Positions 25,597-36,197 of a stretch of 64,000 nt of DNA are shown piece by piece. The stretch covers positions 5,384 to 69,383 of the forward strand of contig JAHJJA010000047.1 in the NCBI GenBank assembly GCA_018822885.1, written 5' to 3'. The translations under genes and the position numbers were made by a program. How positions within the stretch are numbered: position 1 is the first letter of the stretch; each line of letters opens with the position of its first letter. The notes beneath the pieces are model-generated. The model ran no database searches. It was not told the origin of the DNA and saw nothing but the letters and a program-made list of their open reading frames with translations. The DNA is from Candidatus Omnitrophota bacterium (GTDB lineage Bacteria > Omnitrophota > Gorgyraeia > Gygaellales > Profunditerraquicolaceae).

Positions 25597-26850
25597 ATGA
25601 AAAAAAATATCGCGGTTATAATTTTAGCTGCTGGTAAGGGCACGAGGATGAAATCCGACTTGCCTAAAGTTCTTCATCCTGTTTGCGGCAGGCCTATGCT
25701 TGATTATGTGCTTGATCTGGTTAAAGAATTAAAAGTCAAAGAGACGGTTTTAGTGCTGGGGTACAAACACGAGCAGATCGCCAAACACATAGGGCCGGGC
25801 ATAAAGGTGGCAGTCCAGAATAAGCTTCTTGGGACAGCCGATGCCATAAAGGCAGGTCTGTCAAAGCTTAAAAGTTTTAAAGGCACAATACTTGTTCTTT
25901 ACGGGGATATTCCGCTGTTAAAGAAAGACACGGTCAAGAAATTACTTGATCATCAAACAAAGAATGAGATCGATGCGACTATCCTGACCGCGGAATTGGC
26001 CAAGCCCTCGGGTTACGGCAGGATACTTAGGGACAAATGCGCGGCGATACGCGGTATCATCGAAGAGAAGGATGCCGATGATGTGGATAAACAGATAAAG
26101 GAGATCAATACCGGCATCATCTGTTTTGATAAAACAAAGTTAGCCGGCTGTCTGAATTTAGTCAAGCCGAACAACCGCAAAAAAGAATTTTACCTCACCG
26201 ATATAATCGGGATATTCTATAAGAAAGGCTACGTGATAGAGAGCGAGAAGGCGGCGGATATCGATGAGGCCTTAGGTATCAACTCTAGGGTAGACCTTGC
26301 AAGGGCAAATGCGTTTATGCAGAAGAGGATCAATGAAAAATTCATGAATGACGGGGTGAGTATTGTCGATCCCAATTCGGCTATTATAAACTACGGGGTA
26401 AAAATCGGCCGGGAGACCACGATTTATCCCTTTACATTCATCGAAAAAAATGTTAATATTGGCAAGCGCTGCTCAGTCGGCCCTTTTGTACATCTTAGGG
26501 AGGGCACAGAGCTAAAAGACGAAGTTTTAATAGGTAATTTCCTCGAGATTACCCGTTCGAAGATCGGCAGCAAAACAATTGCCAAACATTTTTCATATAT
26601 CGGAGATTCCCGCGTGGGTAAGCTTGTCAACATCGGCGCAGGGACGGTGACCGCTAACTTTGACGGCCAAAACAAGAATGTCACTGTGATCAAAGACGGG
26701 GCATTTATCGGGTCTCACACTGTTTTAGTCGCTCCGGTAAAAATCGGCAAGCGCGCCGTGACAGGCGCTGGCTCGGTCGTGCTTAAAAACAGGGATGTTG
26801 CAGACGCAGAGGTAGTCTGCGGAGTGCCGGCAAGAAGCATAAAAAAATAA
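25597..26850 (+). CDS. glmU: Bifunctional UDP-GlcNAc pyrophosphorylase / GlcN-1-P acetyltransferase
   Basis: LAAGKGTRMKS nucleotidyltransferase N-terminus plus C-terminal left-handed beta-helix hexapeptide repeats. Confidence 0.85.
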   Translation: MKKNIAVIILAAGKGTRMKSDLPKVLHPVCGRPMLDYVLDLVKELKVKETVLVLGYKHEQIAKHIGPGIKVAVQNKLLGTADAIKAGLSKLKSFKGTILVLYGDIPLLKKDTVKKLLDHQTKNEIDATILTAELAKPSGYGRILRDKCAAIRGIIEEKDADDVDKQIKEINTGIICFDKTKLAGCLNLVKPNNRKKEFYLTDIIGIFYKKGYVIESEKAADIDEALGINSRVDLARANAFMQKRINEKFMNDGVSIVDPNSAIINYGVKIGRETTIYPFTFIEKNVNIGKRCSVGPFVHLREGTELKDEVLIGNFLEITRSKIGSKTIAKHFSYIGDSRVGKLVNIGAGTVTANFDGQNKNVTVIKDGAFIGSHTVLVAPVKIGKRAVTGAGSVVLKNRDVADAEVVCGVPARSIKK

Positions 26851-26863
26851 GAGGGCTAAAATT

Positions 26864-27802
26864 ATGGATAAGTTAGCGATTTTCAGCGGAAACGCGCATC
26901 CGGAGTTGGCAAAAAACATAGGTAAATATTTAAGGGTCGGCCTGTCTTCTGCTTTAGTATCCAGATTTAGCGAAGGAGAGATCCGTGTTAAGATCGATGA
27001 TAACGTGCGCGGTAAAGACGTCTTTATAATACAACCTACTTGTCCTCCCACAAACGATAATCTGATGGAGCTTTTGATCATGATCGACGCTGTGCGCAGG
27101 TCTTCTGCCCAGCGTATCACAGCTGTCATCCCATATTTTGGCTATGCGCGCCAGGACAGGAAGGATCAGCCGCGCGTCCCCATCACTGCCAAATTAGTGG
27201 CCAACATCTTGACTACCGCCGGAGCCAGCAGGGTCCTGACCGTAGATCTGCATGCGGGACAGATTCAAGGGTTCTTTGATATTCCGCTCGATCATCTTTT
27301 TTCCGTAGGGGTCTTTTTTGATTATTTTCAGAAACTAAAACTAGAGGATGTGGTGGTGGTCTCCCCCGACGTGGGCGGGATCAAAATGGCGCGCGCCTAC
27401 GCCAAAAGAATGTCTGCGGGGCTGGCGATCATTGATAAGAGGCGGGAGTCTCCTGAAAAAACAGAAGTAATGCATATTTTAGGAAACGTTGAAGGCAAAA
27501 ACGCCATTATCGTGGATGATTTGATCGCCACCGGCAGCTCTCTATTTGAGGCCGTCGAGACTTTGAAGAAGGCAGGCTCAAAGAGGGTCTTTGCCGCGAT
27601 CGCACACGGGGTCTTATCTGGCCCTGCGATAGAGAGGCTTGAAGCGTGCAAGAGCCTTGAGAAGTTATTGATCACAGACAGCATCCCGCTTTCCGAGGAT
27701 AAAAAACATCCCCGGCTTGAAGTATTGACATTATCCAATCTTTTGGGAGAGGCGATAAAGAGGATCCACAACGAAGAATCGGTGAGTTCGTTATTCGATT
27801 AA
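26864..27802 (+). CDS. prs: Ribose-phosphate pyrophosphokinase
   Basis: Canonical PRPP synthetase motifs (DLHAGQIQGFF, VVSPDVGG, DDLIATGSS). Confidence 0.9.
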   Translation: MDKLAIFSGNAHPELAKNIGKYLRVGLSSALVSRFSEGEIRVKIDDNVRGKDVFIIQPTCPPTNDNLMELLIMIDAVRRSSAQRITAVIPYFGYARQDRKDQPRVPITAKLVANILTTAGASRVLTVDLHAGQIQGFFDIPLDHLFSVGVFFDYFQKLKLEDVVVVSPDVGGIKMARAYAKRMSAGLAIIDKRRESPEKTEVMHILGNVEGKNAIIVDDLIATGSSLFEAVETLKKAGSKRVFAAIAHGVLSGPAIERLEACKSLEKLLITDSIPLSEDKKHPRLEVLTLSNLLGEAIKRIHNEESVSSLFD

Positions 27803-27844
27803 AAATAAAAACAGCTAAGCACGATCGGCGAAGGAGCAATTAAA

Positions 27845-28537
27845 ATGGAAGAGATACTGTTAAACGCGGAGTTGAGGGAAGAATTAGGAAGAGGCAAGGT
27901 CAAAGACTTAAAAGATAAAGGGTTTATACCTGCGGTGATCTATTCCGAGGGTAAAAATGCCCAGGCCCTTAAAGTCTCTAAAGGCGAATTGATAAGGTTG
28001 ATCCATCATCATCGCATCGAAGGTGTGGTCATCTCCCTTAAAGTAAAAGAAGACGATAAGGAGAAGGCCAGAAGTTGTCTTATTAAAGAAATACAGTATG
28101 ATCCGGTGCACGATGATATCCTTCATGTTGATTTTAACGAGATCTCCCTGACTAAGGAGATCAAAGTCAATATCCCCATTGAGGCGGTCGGCGAACCTAT
28201 AGGCGTAAAGCAGGAAGGCGGGTCTCTTGAGCATATACTTTGGGAAGTCGAAGTCGAATGTTTGCCTACGAATATACCGAAAAACATACAAATTGATGTC
28301 AGTCAGCTGAAGATGGGCGAAGCTATTCATGTCAAGGATATCCCGTTTCCTGCCGGCGTAAAGGTATTAAATGATTTAGGAGCGATCATCTTACAGGTTG
28401 CCGCACCGATGAAAGAGGAGGTCCCTGTCGAGGCTGTTGAAGGTGAAGAGGCCAAGGAGCCGGAAGTAATCAAGGAAAAGAAAGAAGTCCCGGGTGAAGG
28501 CGAAGCCGAGCCAGAAGAAGGTAAAGAAAAGAAATAA
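27845..28537 (+). CDS. rplY: 50S ribosomal protein L25 / general stress protein Ctc
   Basis: L25/Ctc N-terminal domain plus an extended acidic C-terminal tail. Confidence 0.85.
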   Translation: MEEILLNAELREELGRGKVKDLKDKGFIPAVIYSEGKNAQALKVSKGELIRLIHHHRIEGVVISLKVKEDDKEKARSCLIKEIQYDPVHDDILHVDFNEISLTKEIKVNIPIEAVGEPIGVKQEGGSLEHILWEVEVECLPTNIPKNIQIDVSQLKMGEAIHVKDIPFPAGVKVLNDLGAIILQVAAPMKEEVPVEAVEGEEAKEPEVIKEKKEVPGEGEAEPEEGKEKK

Positions 28538-28546
28538 TCTTTCTAG

Positions 28547-29122
28547 ATGAAGCTCATTGTGGGTTTAGGGAATCCGGGAAGAGATTATGCCGAATCAAGG
28601 CATAACATCGGTTTCTCTGTTGCCAAGGCGCTGATCAAGGAGCGCGGGTTTGTTCTTAAAAAAGATAACGGCACGTTTTCTTTAAGTGCCAAAGGCAGGA
28701 TCTGCGGCCAGGTCGTGATAGTAGCGCTTCCGCTTACTTACATGAACCTGTCCGGAAACGCGGTAGCGGCCCTGGTCAGGAAGTATAAAATAGAGCCCGT
28801 AGACCTGCTTGTGATCATGGATGATCTGGATTTGGAGTTTGGCAGGATCAAGATAAGGCCAAGCGGTTCCTCCGGCGGGCATCGCGGAGCGGAGTCGATA
28901 ATCGAATCGCTGGGCATTCAGGAATTTGCTCGACTGCGAGTCGGGATCGGAAGGCCCCACCAAAAGGCAGATGCGGCGGAATTCGTGTTAAGCGAGTTCA
29001 CAAAAAAAGAAAAAGCGCTCTTCAAAGAAGAGATAGATACAGCAGTCGAGTGTTGCGAGTATTGGGCGGCAAAGGGTATTGTAGAGACTATGAACAAGTT
29101 TAATCGAAAGGACGAAAAATGA
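28547..29122 (+). CDS. pth: Peptidyl-tRNA hydrolase
   Basis: MKLIVGLGNPGRDYAESRHNIGF. Confidence 0.9.
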   Translation: MKLIVGLGNPGRDYAESRHNIGFSVAKALIKERGFVLKKDNGTFSLSAKGRICGQVVIVALPLTYMNLSGNAVAALVRKYKIEPVDLLVIMDDLDLEFGRIKIRPSGSSGGHRGAESIIESLGIQEFARLRVGIGRPHQKADAAEFVLSEFTKKEKALFKEEIDTAVECCEYWAAKGIVETMNKFNRKDEK

Positions 29123-29406
29123 ACAAGTACGAAGCGATGTTTATTGTAAAGCCGGATCTGTCTGAGGAAGAAAGAAAAAATCTTTTTAACCAGATCGCGG
29201 AAGCAGTGACAAAGAACAACGGAGCTATCATAAACTCTTGCGTCTGGGCCGATAGGAGAAAGCTTTATTTCCCTATAAAGAAGCACCACGAAGGTATGTA
29301 TTACCTTTTGAATTTTAATCTCCCCCCTCTGGCGGTAAAGGAAATAAGGAATGTCTATAAACTTAATGAAAATATTTTACGCGTGTTGATTTCAAATCTG
29401 AAATAA
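29119..29406 (+). CDS. rpsF: 30S ribosomal protein S6
   Basis: MNKYEAMFIVKPDLSEEE... Confidence 0.9.
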   Translation: MNKYEAMFIVKPDLSEEERKNLFNQIAEAVTKNNGAIINSCVWADRRKLYFPIKKHHEGMYYLLNFNLPPLAVKEIRNVYKLNENILRVLISNLK

Positions 29407-29415
29407 GGAGAGATC

Positions 29416-29856
29416 ATGGCAAGTTATAATAAAGTTTTGTTAATGGGCAACCTTACCAAGGACCCTGAATTGCGCTATACGCCCCAAGGCGCTGCGGTGG
29501 CGAATCTGCGCATGGCGGTCAACCGGAAGTACCGCAACAAAAATCAGGAATTGAAAGAAGAGGTCTGTTTTATCACTGCCGTAGTCTGGAACAAGCAGGC
29601 TGAGACCTGTAATCAATATCTACATAAAGGAAGCCCGGTCTTTGTCGAAGGAAGGCTGCAATCTCGTTCTTGGGAGGATAACGCCGGGCAGAAGAGAAGC
29701 GTAATAGAAGTAAGGGCAGAGCGTGTGCAGTTTTTAGGAAGCGGCAAGAGCACCGGAGCGGCCGCGGAAGCTACGGCGGAGGGATTACCTCCGGATGAGC
29801 ATACTACTGAAGCAGCATGGTTAGAAGAAAGCGAGGGGGACTCACATGAAGGTTAA
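29416..29856 (+). CDS. ssb: Single-stranded DNA-binding protein
   Basis: OB fold ([21 protein letters not shown]) and acidic C-terminal tail. Confidence 0.9.
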   Translation: MASYNKVLLMGNLTKDPELRYTPQGAAVANLRMAVNRKYRNKNQELKEEVCFITAVVWNKQAETCNQYLHKGSPVFVEGRLQSRSWEDNAGQKRSVIEVRAERVQFLGSGKSTGAAAEATAEGLPPDEHTTEAAWLEESEGDSHEG

Positions 29857-30121
29857 GGTAAAGACTTTTGGAAGGTCTAAAACCAAAATAATGAAAAAGA
29901 AGCGTGATACTTTACTGATGAGAAAGAAATTCTGCCGTCTTTGCGTGGATAAATCCAAGACTGTGGATTACAAAGACGTAAAGAGGCTTGAATCATTTAT
30001 AAGGGAGGCCGGCAAAATAGTTACAAGCCGTGTAACCGGGACTTGCGCTAAACATCAGAGAGTAGTGGCTGAAGCGATAAAGAAAGCTAGATTTCTTTCG
30101 TTGATTCCTTATGCCCGCTAA
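29846..30121 (+). CDS. rpsR: 30S ribosomal protein S18
   Basis: KFCRLC...[11 protein letters not shown]...[17 protein letters not shown]. True start may be an internal Met. Confidence 0.8.
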   Translation: MKVKVKTFGRSKTKIMKKKRDTLLMRKKFCRLCVDKSKTVDYKDVKRLESFIREAGKIVTSRVTGTCAKHQRVVAEAIKKARFLSLIPYAR

Positions 30122-30139
30122 AATAAGGGGGGTGTTGTT

Positions 30140-30583
30140 ATGGAAGTCATATTAAAGCAGGATGTGAAAAATATAGGTAAGGCAGGCAGCGTAGTCAAGG
30201 TAAAAGACGGATACGCGCGTAATTTCCTTGTACCTAACGGCCTTGCTGTGCTTTCAAGCTCCGGTAATCTTAAGAAGCTAGAGCAGGAGAAGCAAAAGAA
30301 AGCCGAGGTGCAGGAAAAGATCAAGGCAGAGGCAGAGGCCTTTAAAGAGAGATTAAGCGCGGTTTCTTTGACTATATCGGCTTTGTCTAAAGAAGAAGAT
30401 GAGTTATACGGCAGTATCGGACCGCATGATATTTCGGCGGCATTAAAGGATGAGGGGATAGAGCTGGATAAGGCTTTTATCTTGCTTGATGAGCCGATAA
30501 AAACCCTCGGTATTTATGAAGTCCCGATCAAGCTGCACCCGGAAGTCACTACAAAGATCAAGGTTTGGATAGTTAAAAAATAA
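30140..30583 (+). CDS. rplI: 50S ribosomal protein L9
   Basis: MEVILKQDVKNIGKAGSVVKVKDGYARNFLVP. Confidence 0.9.
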   Translation: MEVILKQDVKNIGKAGSVVKVKDGYARNFLVPNGLAVLSSSGNLKKLEQEKQKKAEVQEKIKAEAEAFKERLSAVSLTISALSKEEDELYGSIGPHDISAALKDEGIELDKAFILLDEPIKTLGIYEVPIKLHPEVTTKIKVWIVKK

Positions 30584-31923
30584 TGGCTAACGCTTTAGCG
30601 ATAGAAAAGATCCCCCCGCAGAATCTTGAGGCGGAAATGGCTGTTTTAGGTTCTATGCTTTTGGATGAAGAGGCTATTTCTGTTGCCATCGAGAAGCTCG
30701 ATGAAGATTCATTTTATAAAGACTCCCACCGAAAGATCTTTCAGGCTGTATCCGGGCTTTTTGCCGCAAATAAGGCAGTCGACCTGATCACTCTTACCGA
30801 CGAGTTAAAGAGAAGTGAAATGCTGGGTAATATCGGAGGGGTCAGCTATCTTACGGCCCTGGTCAATTCTGTGCCTTCGGCTGCCAATATCAATCATTAT
30901 GTCTCGATAGTCAAAGAAAAATACATCCTAAGGACGCTAATCAACAGCGCCAGTAAAATAATCGCTCTTAGTTATGAAAGCGAAGGCAATGTCGATGAAG
31001 TCGTAGATAACGCTGAAAAATTCATCTTTGAAGTAAGCGACAGGAAGGCACACGGCGCTTCCTATATACATTTGAAGGAGATAGTAAAAAGCAGTATTGA
31101 GACTATCGATAAGCTGTATCAGAAGAAGGCGCATGTCACCGGCATACCTACCGGTTACATTGATTTTGATATCAAGACCGCGGGGTTGCAGCCGTCGGAT
31201 CTGATCATTATTGCGGGAAGGCCATCGATGGGGAAAAGTGCTTTTGCCTTAGGCATGGCGGAGTACGCCGGAGTCGTGGAGAAGATCCCGACCGCGCTTT
31301 TTAGCCTTGAGATGTCTAAAGAGCAGTTGGTGCAGAGGATGCTCTGTTCTCATGCTAAAGTCGATGCGCACAAGGTCAGGACCGGTTATCTTGCTACCTC
31401 TGACTGGCCGAAACTTACCGCTGCCGCGGGTAAACTTTCTGAGGCCCCGATCTTTATCGATGACACACCGGGCATTTCGGTAATGGAGCTTCGGGCAAAG
31501 GCGCGCAGGCTCAAGGCGCATCATGATATCAAACTGATAATCTTAGATTACCTTCAGTTGATGCGGGGGAACCTTGGTTCAGAAAGTCGTCAACAGGAGA
31601 TCTCAGAGATCTCGCGGTCTTTGAAGGCCCTGGCCCGTGAGCTAAGCGTTCCGGTGATAGGGATCAGCCAGTTGTCCCGCGCGGTTGAATCGCGTAATGA
31701 CCATCGCCCGCAGCTTTCTGATCTAAGAGAGTCCGGGGCGATCGAACAGGATGCCGATGTAGTGGTACTTATATTAAGGGAAGAGTATTATAACCGTACT
31801 TCCGATAACGAGGGTGTAGCGGAGATAATTATTGCTAAACAGCGTAATGGCCCGGTCGGCTCTTTAAATCTCGCCTTTATTAAAGAATATACGCGATTTG
31901 AAAATATTGCCAGAGTCGAATAA
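30583..31923 (+). CDS. dnaB: Replicative DNA helicase
   Basis: DnaB N-terminal domain plus RecA-like core (GRPSMGKS Walker A, ISQLSR). Confidence 0.9.
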   Translation: MANALAIEKIPPQNLEAEMAVLGSMLLDEEAISVAIEKLDEDSFYKDSHRKIFQAVSGLFAANKAVDLITLTDELKRSEMLGNIGGVSYLTALVNSVPSAANINHYVSIVKEKYILRTLINSASKIIALSYESEGNVDEVVDNAEKFIFEVSDRKAHGASYIHLKEIVKSSIETIDKLYQKKAHVTGIPTGYIDFDIKTAGLQPSDLIIIAGRPSMGKSAFALGMAEYAGVVEKIPTALFSLEMSKEQLVQRMLCSHAKVDAHKVRTGYLATSDWPKLTAAAGKLSEAPIFIDDTPGISVMELRAKARRLKAHHDIKLIILDYLQLMRGNLGSESRQQEISEISRSLKALARELSVPVIGISQLSRAVESRNDHRPQLSDLRESGAIEQDADVVVLILREEYYNRTSDNEGVAEIIIAKQRNGPVGSLNLAFIKEYTRFENIARVE

Positions 31924-31974
31924 AATTAATAAAATTTATTGATTTTTTAATTAACTCTTGTATAATAACTAAAA

Positions 31975-34530
31975 ATGCGCATAAAACTTTTTTTCACTAT
32001 AGCCGCTTTTCTTTTCTGTAGTTTTTTCGGGGCCTTGCTTGCCGAAGAAGCCCAAATAATTTCTAACACCACTCAATCTCAAGTAGAAGAGATTCCTGCA
32101 GCAGAGACAAAAGACTTTTCGCAAGAAACAGTTACGATAAGCGAAGAAGCCGCGCCCTTGGAATCGCCAGTATCTTCTGAGGAAACCACGACTTCTGAGG
32201 AGGTCTCGGTCCCTGATCAACCGATTAATAATACTGCAAACGATACTATTGAATCCAGCCAACTAAAGCTAGAAGAGACAGGATTAGGAGAGCTGGAGGC
32301 TGCCGAACCACCTCAAAAAATAATAAAGGCTATAGAAGTAAAAGGCAATAAAGCTATCAGCACTAATACTGTAGTCTCAAAATTGAAGACCCGCATTGGC
32401 AGTCCTTATCAGGAAACAGTGATCAGCGATGATCTGAAACGCCTTTATCTTTTAGGTTTCTTTAGCGATATAAAGATCGACTCCGAGGATTACAAAGACG
32501 GCGTCAAGGTGATAATAACTGTTATCGAAAGGCCCTTGATCGAGAAGATCGCATTTACCGGCACGATGCATCTGACAATGAAGGAAGAGAAAATCAAGGA
32601 GCAGTTAAAATCAAAGGAATCACAGTACCTTGATTACCCAAATCTGTCGGAAGATGTGCGCATAATCAATAAGATCTACGAAAAGATCGGTTACAACCAG
32701 GCAAAGATCGAATATAAGGTAAATATCAACAAAGATACAAATAAGGCTACGATAGAGTTTGTCATAGATGAAGGCAAAAAAGTCAAGATCAAAGAGGTGC
32801 TTTTTGAAGGCAACAAGGCTTTTTCAGGAAAGCGCATCATCAGATTAATGAAGACGCGCCCTGCCTGGTTGTTTAATGCCGGGCTTCTTAAAGAGGAAGT
32901 CTTAAAAGAGGACATGGAGCGTATAAAAGCGTTTTACCGCAAGAACGGCTACGCTGACGCCAAAGCGGATTATCAGGTATCGCCGTATCCCAAGAAAGCC
33001 TTTTTCTTGGTCGTCACCGTCAAGATCCAGGAGGGAAAGAAATTCTTAGTGGGTAACGTGACTATCCAAGGGAATAAAGATATCCCGGAAAAAGATATTC
33101 TAAACAAGATAACTGAATGCGTCCCGGGAAAAGTCTTTAGCCAGGATGCGTTAAAACAGGACATCTCAAGTATTCAGGGCCTTTATTTTGACCGTGGCTA
33201 TATCTCTTGTCAGGTCCAGGAAACGACCTCGGTAAATAACTCGACCGGCCGGGTAGACATTACTTACAGCATCGTTGAGAATGAAGTCGCTTATGTGAAT
33301 AAAATAAAGATGCGCGGCAATGTAAAGACCAAGGATGTGGTCATCCGCAGGGAAGTCAGGATCCATCCCGGAGATAGATTTGACGGAGACAAGCTTCGCC
33401 GCAGCAAAGAGCGTCTGCAGAATTTAGGGTTTTTTGATGAGGTAAGTTATGACACCGAAGACACGGATGTACCTAATAAAAAAGACCTGATTGTAGAAGT
33501 CAAGGAATCTAAGACAGGTGCGTTCAGTTTCGGCGGCGGCTACAGCACGGTCGATCAGTTTGTGGGTTTTGTAGAGGTAGAACAGAAGAATTTTGACTGG
33601 AGGAATTGGCCTTATTTTACCGGCGGCGGGCAGGATCTAAGGTTCAGGGGTTCATTTGGAACCGTGACTTCCGGTTTTGAAATGAGTTTTACAGAACCAT
33701 GGCTTTTTGATTATCCTATTTCTTTTGGCTTTGATGCCTATCAGCGCCAGCACCAGAGGGATAGCGATGTGGGTTATGGTTATGATGAAAAGATAAATGG
33801 CGGCGACCTGCGCCTGGGGAGAGAGCTTAATGAATACTTAAGAGGCGACCTGATGTATAGGTATGATAGTATCAAGATCTCTAATATTACTGATAACGCT
33901 ACTAATGATCTTCTCCAGGAAGCAGGGACAAACAATATCAGCAGTATTACCCCCAGCCTTACCTTTGACAGCCGCGATAACGTATTTGATACAAGAAAAG
34001 GAAATTACCTGACCACTTCTTATGAGTACGCGGGCGGGCCATTAGGAGGGGATAAGGATTACTGGAAATCTTTTAACCGGGTTTCTCATTATTTCCCCAT
34101 GCCCCGCGGCGCGGTCCTTGAGGCGAGGGTGAGAGTCGGGGTGGGGCAATCGAATATTCCTATTTACGAAAGGTTCTTCGCCGGAGGTGCCAGCACCATC
34201 AGAGGTTATAAAGAAAGGCGCATCGGCCCGATTGATCCGGTATCAAAGGATCCGCTCGGAGGAAATGCCCTGTTTATCGGCAATATGGAATACACATATC
34301 CTTTGTTTAGTTTTTTAAAAGTCGCAGGGTTCTACGATTCGGGTAACGTTTGGGACAAGCTCGGTAATTTCTTTGACGGAGGTTTCAAATCAGGTTTTGG
34401 CTTAGGCGTAAGGATCAAGACGCCTATCGGCCCGATTAGCCTTGATTATGGTATTCCTATGAGTAAGGCTCCGGGCGAAGAGAAGAAGACAGGCGGCAGG
34501 TTTCATTTCAGCGCAAGCCACGGTTTCTAA
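31975..34530 (+). CDS. bamA: Outer membrane protein assembly factor BamA
   Basis: Signal peptide, low-complexity E/T/S-rich spacer, POTRA repeats and a C-terminal Omp85 beta-barrel ending ...FHFSASHGF. Confidence 0.85.
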   Translation: MRIKLFFTIAAFLFCSFFGALLAEEAQIISNTTQSQVEEIPAAETKDFSQETVTISEEAAPLESPVSSEETTTSEEVSVPDQPINNTANDTIESSQLKLEETGLGELEAAEPPQKIIKAIEVKGNKAISTNTVVSKLKTRIGSPYQETVISDDLKRLYLLGFFSDIKIDSEDYKDGVKVIITVIERPLIEKIAFTGTMHLTMKEEKIKEQLKSKESQYLDYPNLSEDVRIINKIYEKIGYNQAKIEYKVNINKDTNKATIEFVIDEGKKVKIKEVLFEGNKAFSGKRIIRLMKTRPAWLFNAGLLKEEVLKEDMERIKAFYRKNGYADAKADYQVSPYPKKAFFLVVTVKIQEGKKFLVGNVTIQGNKDIPEKDILNKITECVPGKVFSQDALKQDISSIQGLYFDRGYISCQVQETTSVNNSTGRVDITYSIVENEVAYVNKIKMRGNVKTKDVVIRREVRIHPGDRFDGDKLRRSKERLQNLGFFDEVSYDTEDTDVPNKKDLIVEVKESKTGAFSFGGGYSTVDQFVGFVEVEQKNFDWRNWPYFTGGGQDLRFRGSFGTVTSGFEMSFTEPWLFDYPISFGFDAYQRQHQRDSDVGYGYDEKINGGDLRLGRELNEYLRGDLMYRYDSIKISNITDNATNDLLQEAGTNNISSITPSLTFDSRDNVFDTRKGNYLTTSYEYAGGPLGGDKDYWKSFNRVSHYFPMPRGAVLEARVRVGVGQSNIPIYERFFAGGASTIRGYKERRIGPIDPVSKDPLGGNALFIGNMEYTYPLFSFLKVAGFYDSGNVWDKLGNFFDGGFKSGFGLGVRIKTPIGPISLDYGIPMSKAPGEEKKTGGRFHFSASHGF

Positions 34531-34638
34531 GTCTGCCCCCGCACTAATTGGAAAATCAATATTAGAGAAACCAATCGGAGCGGGGGTTTAATTCAAATAT
34601 TAACATTATAAGCAAAAACGGACAAAACAGGAGGAGAA

Positions 34639-35145
34639 ATGAAAAGGGCAGCGATAGTCTTATTTGGAGTGATTTTTGGTCTGACCATTGCCGGCAGGTG
34701 CGCGTTTGCGGCGGATAAGCTCGCATACGTCGACCTAAGCCGTCTTTTTAGCGAATACGGCAAGACAAAGGATTATGACAAGACCTTAAGCGACAAAGAA
34801 GGCTCTTACGTCAGCGAAAGAGATAAGAAGATAAACGATATTAAGAGTTTCCAGGACAAGCTGAATATCATGTCCGATCAACAAAAGGAAACCAAGAAGA
34901 GCGAACTGGAAACAAAGATCAAGAGCCTGCAGAATTTCCAGAACCAGAAAGAAACTGATCTTCGTAAAGAGCAGGATGAGAAATTAAAAGAGATCATGAA
35001 AGATATCGAAGAGGCAGTCAAGAAATTTTCGGAAAAAGAAGGATACACCCTTGTTTTTAATGACAGGGTATTGATCTATCAGACTAAGAGTTACGACATT
35101 ACAGAGAAGGTCCTTGATATTCTTAATAAGGGCTACAAGAAGTAA
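34639..35145 (+). CDS. skp: Periplasmic chaperone Skp (OmpH)
   Basis: Signal peptide plus a coiled-coil OmpH-like protein, immediately downstream of bamA as in proteobacteria. Confidence 0.75.
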   Translation: MKRAAIVLFGVIFGLTIAGRCAFAADKLAYVDLSRLFSEYGKTKDYDKTLSDKEGSYVSERDKKINDIKSFQDKLNIMSDQQKETKKSELETKIKSLQNFQNQKETDLRKEQDEKLKEIMKDIEEAVKKFSEKEGYTLVFNDRVLIYQTKSYDITEKVLDILNKGYKK

Positions 35146-35150
35146 AGCTT

Positions 35151-36188
35151 TTGATGCAAAAGACCCTCAAAGAAATAGCTAAGCTTATAGGCGGTGAGGT
35201 TGTAGGAGAGGATAACGTTGTTATAACGGGGGTTTCCGGGATCAAGGAAGCCTCAAGCGGCGACATAACATTTTTAGCAAACCCAAAGTATTTTCCTCTT
35301 ATAGATAAGACCCGGGCAGCTGCGATCATAACTTCTAAGGACGTTACCGTTTCCTCTAAGCCTATCATCCGCACAGAAAATCCATCTTTAGCTTTTATCA
35401 AAGTGGTCGAGAGTTTTTCTGCTTACGAAGTAATCCATCCTAAGGGAATACACAAGACAGCAATAATAGGCAATAATGTTTCTTTGGGCAGTGCTGTTGC
35501 GCTCGGACCTTATGCGGTCATAGGGGACAATGCGTCTATAGGAGATAACTCTGTAATTTATTCCAATAGTTTTATCGGCCATGACACAAAAATCGGAAAG
35601 AATTGCCTGGTATATCCTAATGTCTCTGTCCGCGAGCGTATATTGATCGGAAACCGCGTCATTATACATAGCGGTGCGGTCATCGGCTCTGATGGTTTTG
35701 GCTACATAAATATAGAAGGAAAATACCACAAGATCCCTCAAATTGGGACGGTTGAAATAGGGGATGATGTGGAGATAGGCGCTAATACTTGTATTGACAG
35801 GGCGCGTTTTGACAAGACTATTATAGCAAAAGGCACAAAGATAGATAATCTGGTGCATTTGGCCCACAATGTCATCGTCGGAGAGAATACGATCATCGTC
35901 GCTCAAGCCGGGATTTCAGGAAGCACGGTCATCGGCAAGAATGTCACTATCGCAGGCCAGGCCGGGCTCGTAGGCCACATCACTATAGGCGATGGCGCAG
36001 TGCTTGCGGCGCAGGCAGGTATCACAAAGTCAGTCCCCGCGAATACGATTGTTTCGGGGTATCCGGCGCGCCAGCATGATAAGGCAAAGCAGGTAAATGC
36101 CTGCGTGCAGAACCTGCCGAAACTCTATGAAACCATAGATGGGCTAAAGAAAAAAATCGCTGAATTAGAGAATAAGTTAAAGGACTAA
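35151..36188 (+). CDS. lpxD: UDP-3-O-acylglucosamine N-acyltransferase
   Basis: LpxD N-terminal domain plus hexapeptide LbH repeats, followed by lpxC/fabZ and lpxA. Confidence 0.85.
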   Translation: MMQKTLKEIAKLIGGEVVGEDNVVITGVSGIKEASSGDITFLANPKYFPLIDKTRAAAIITSKDVTVSSKPIIRTENPSLAFIKVVESFSAYEVIHPKGIHKTAIIGNNVSLGSAVALGPYAVIGDNASIGDNSVIYSNSFIGHDTKIGKNCLVYPNVSVRERILIGNRVIIHSGAVIGSDGFGYINIEGKYHKIPQIGTVEIGDDVEIGANTCIDRARFDKTIIAKGTKIDNLVHLAHNVIVGENTIIVAQAGISGSTVIGKNVTIAGQAGLVGHITIGDGAVLAAQAGITKSVPANTIVSGYPARQHDKAKQVNACVQNLPKLYETIDGLKKKIAELENKLKD

Positions 36189-36197
36189 GAGCCAAAA

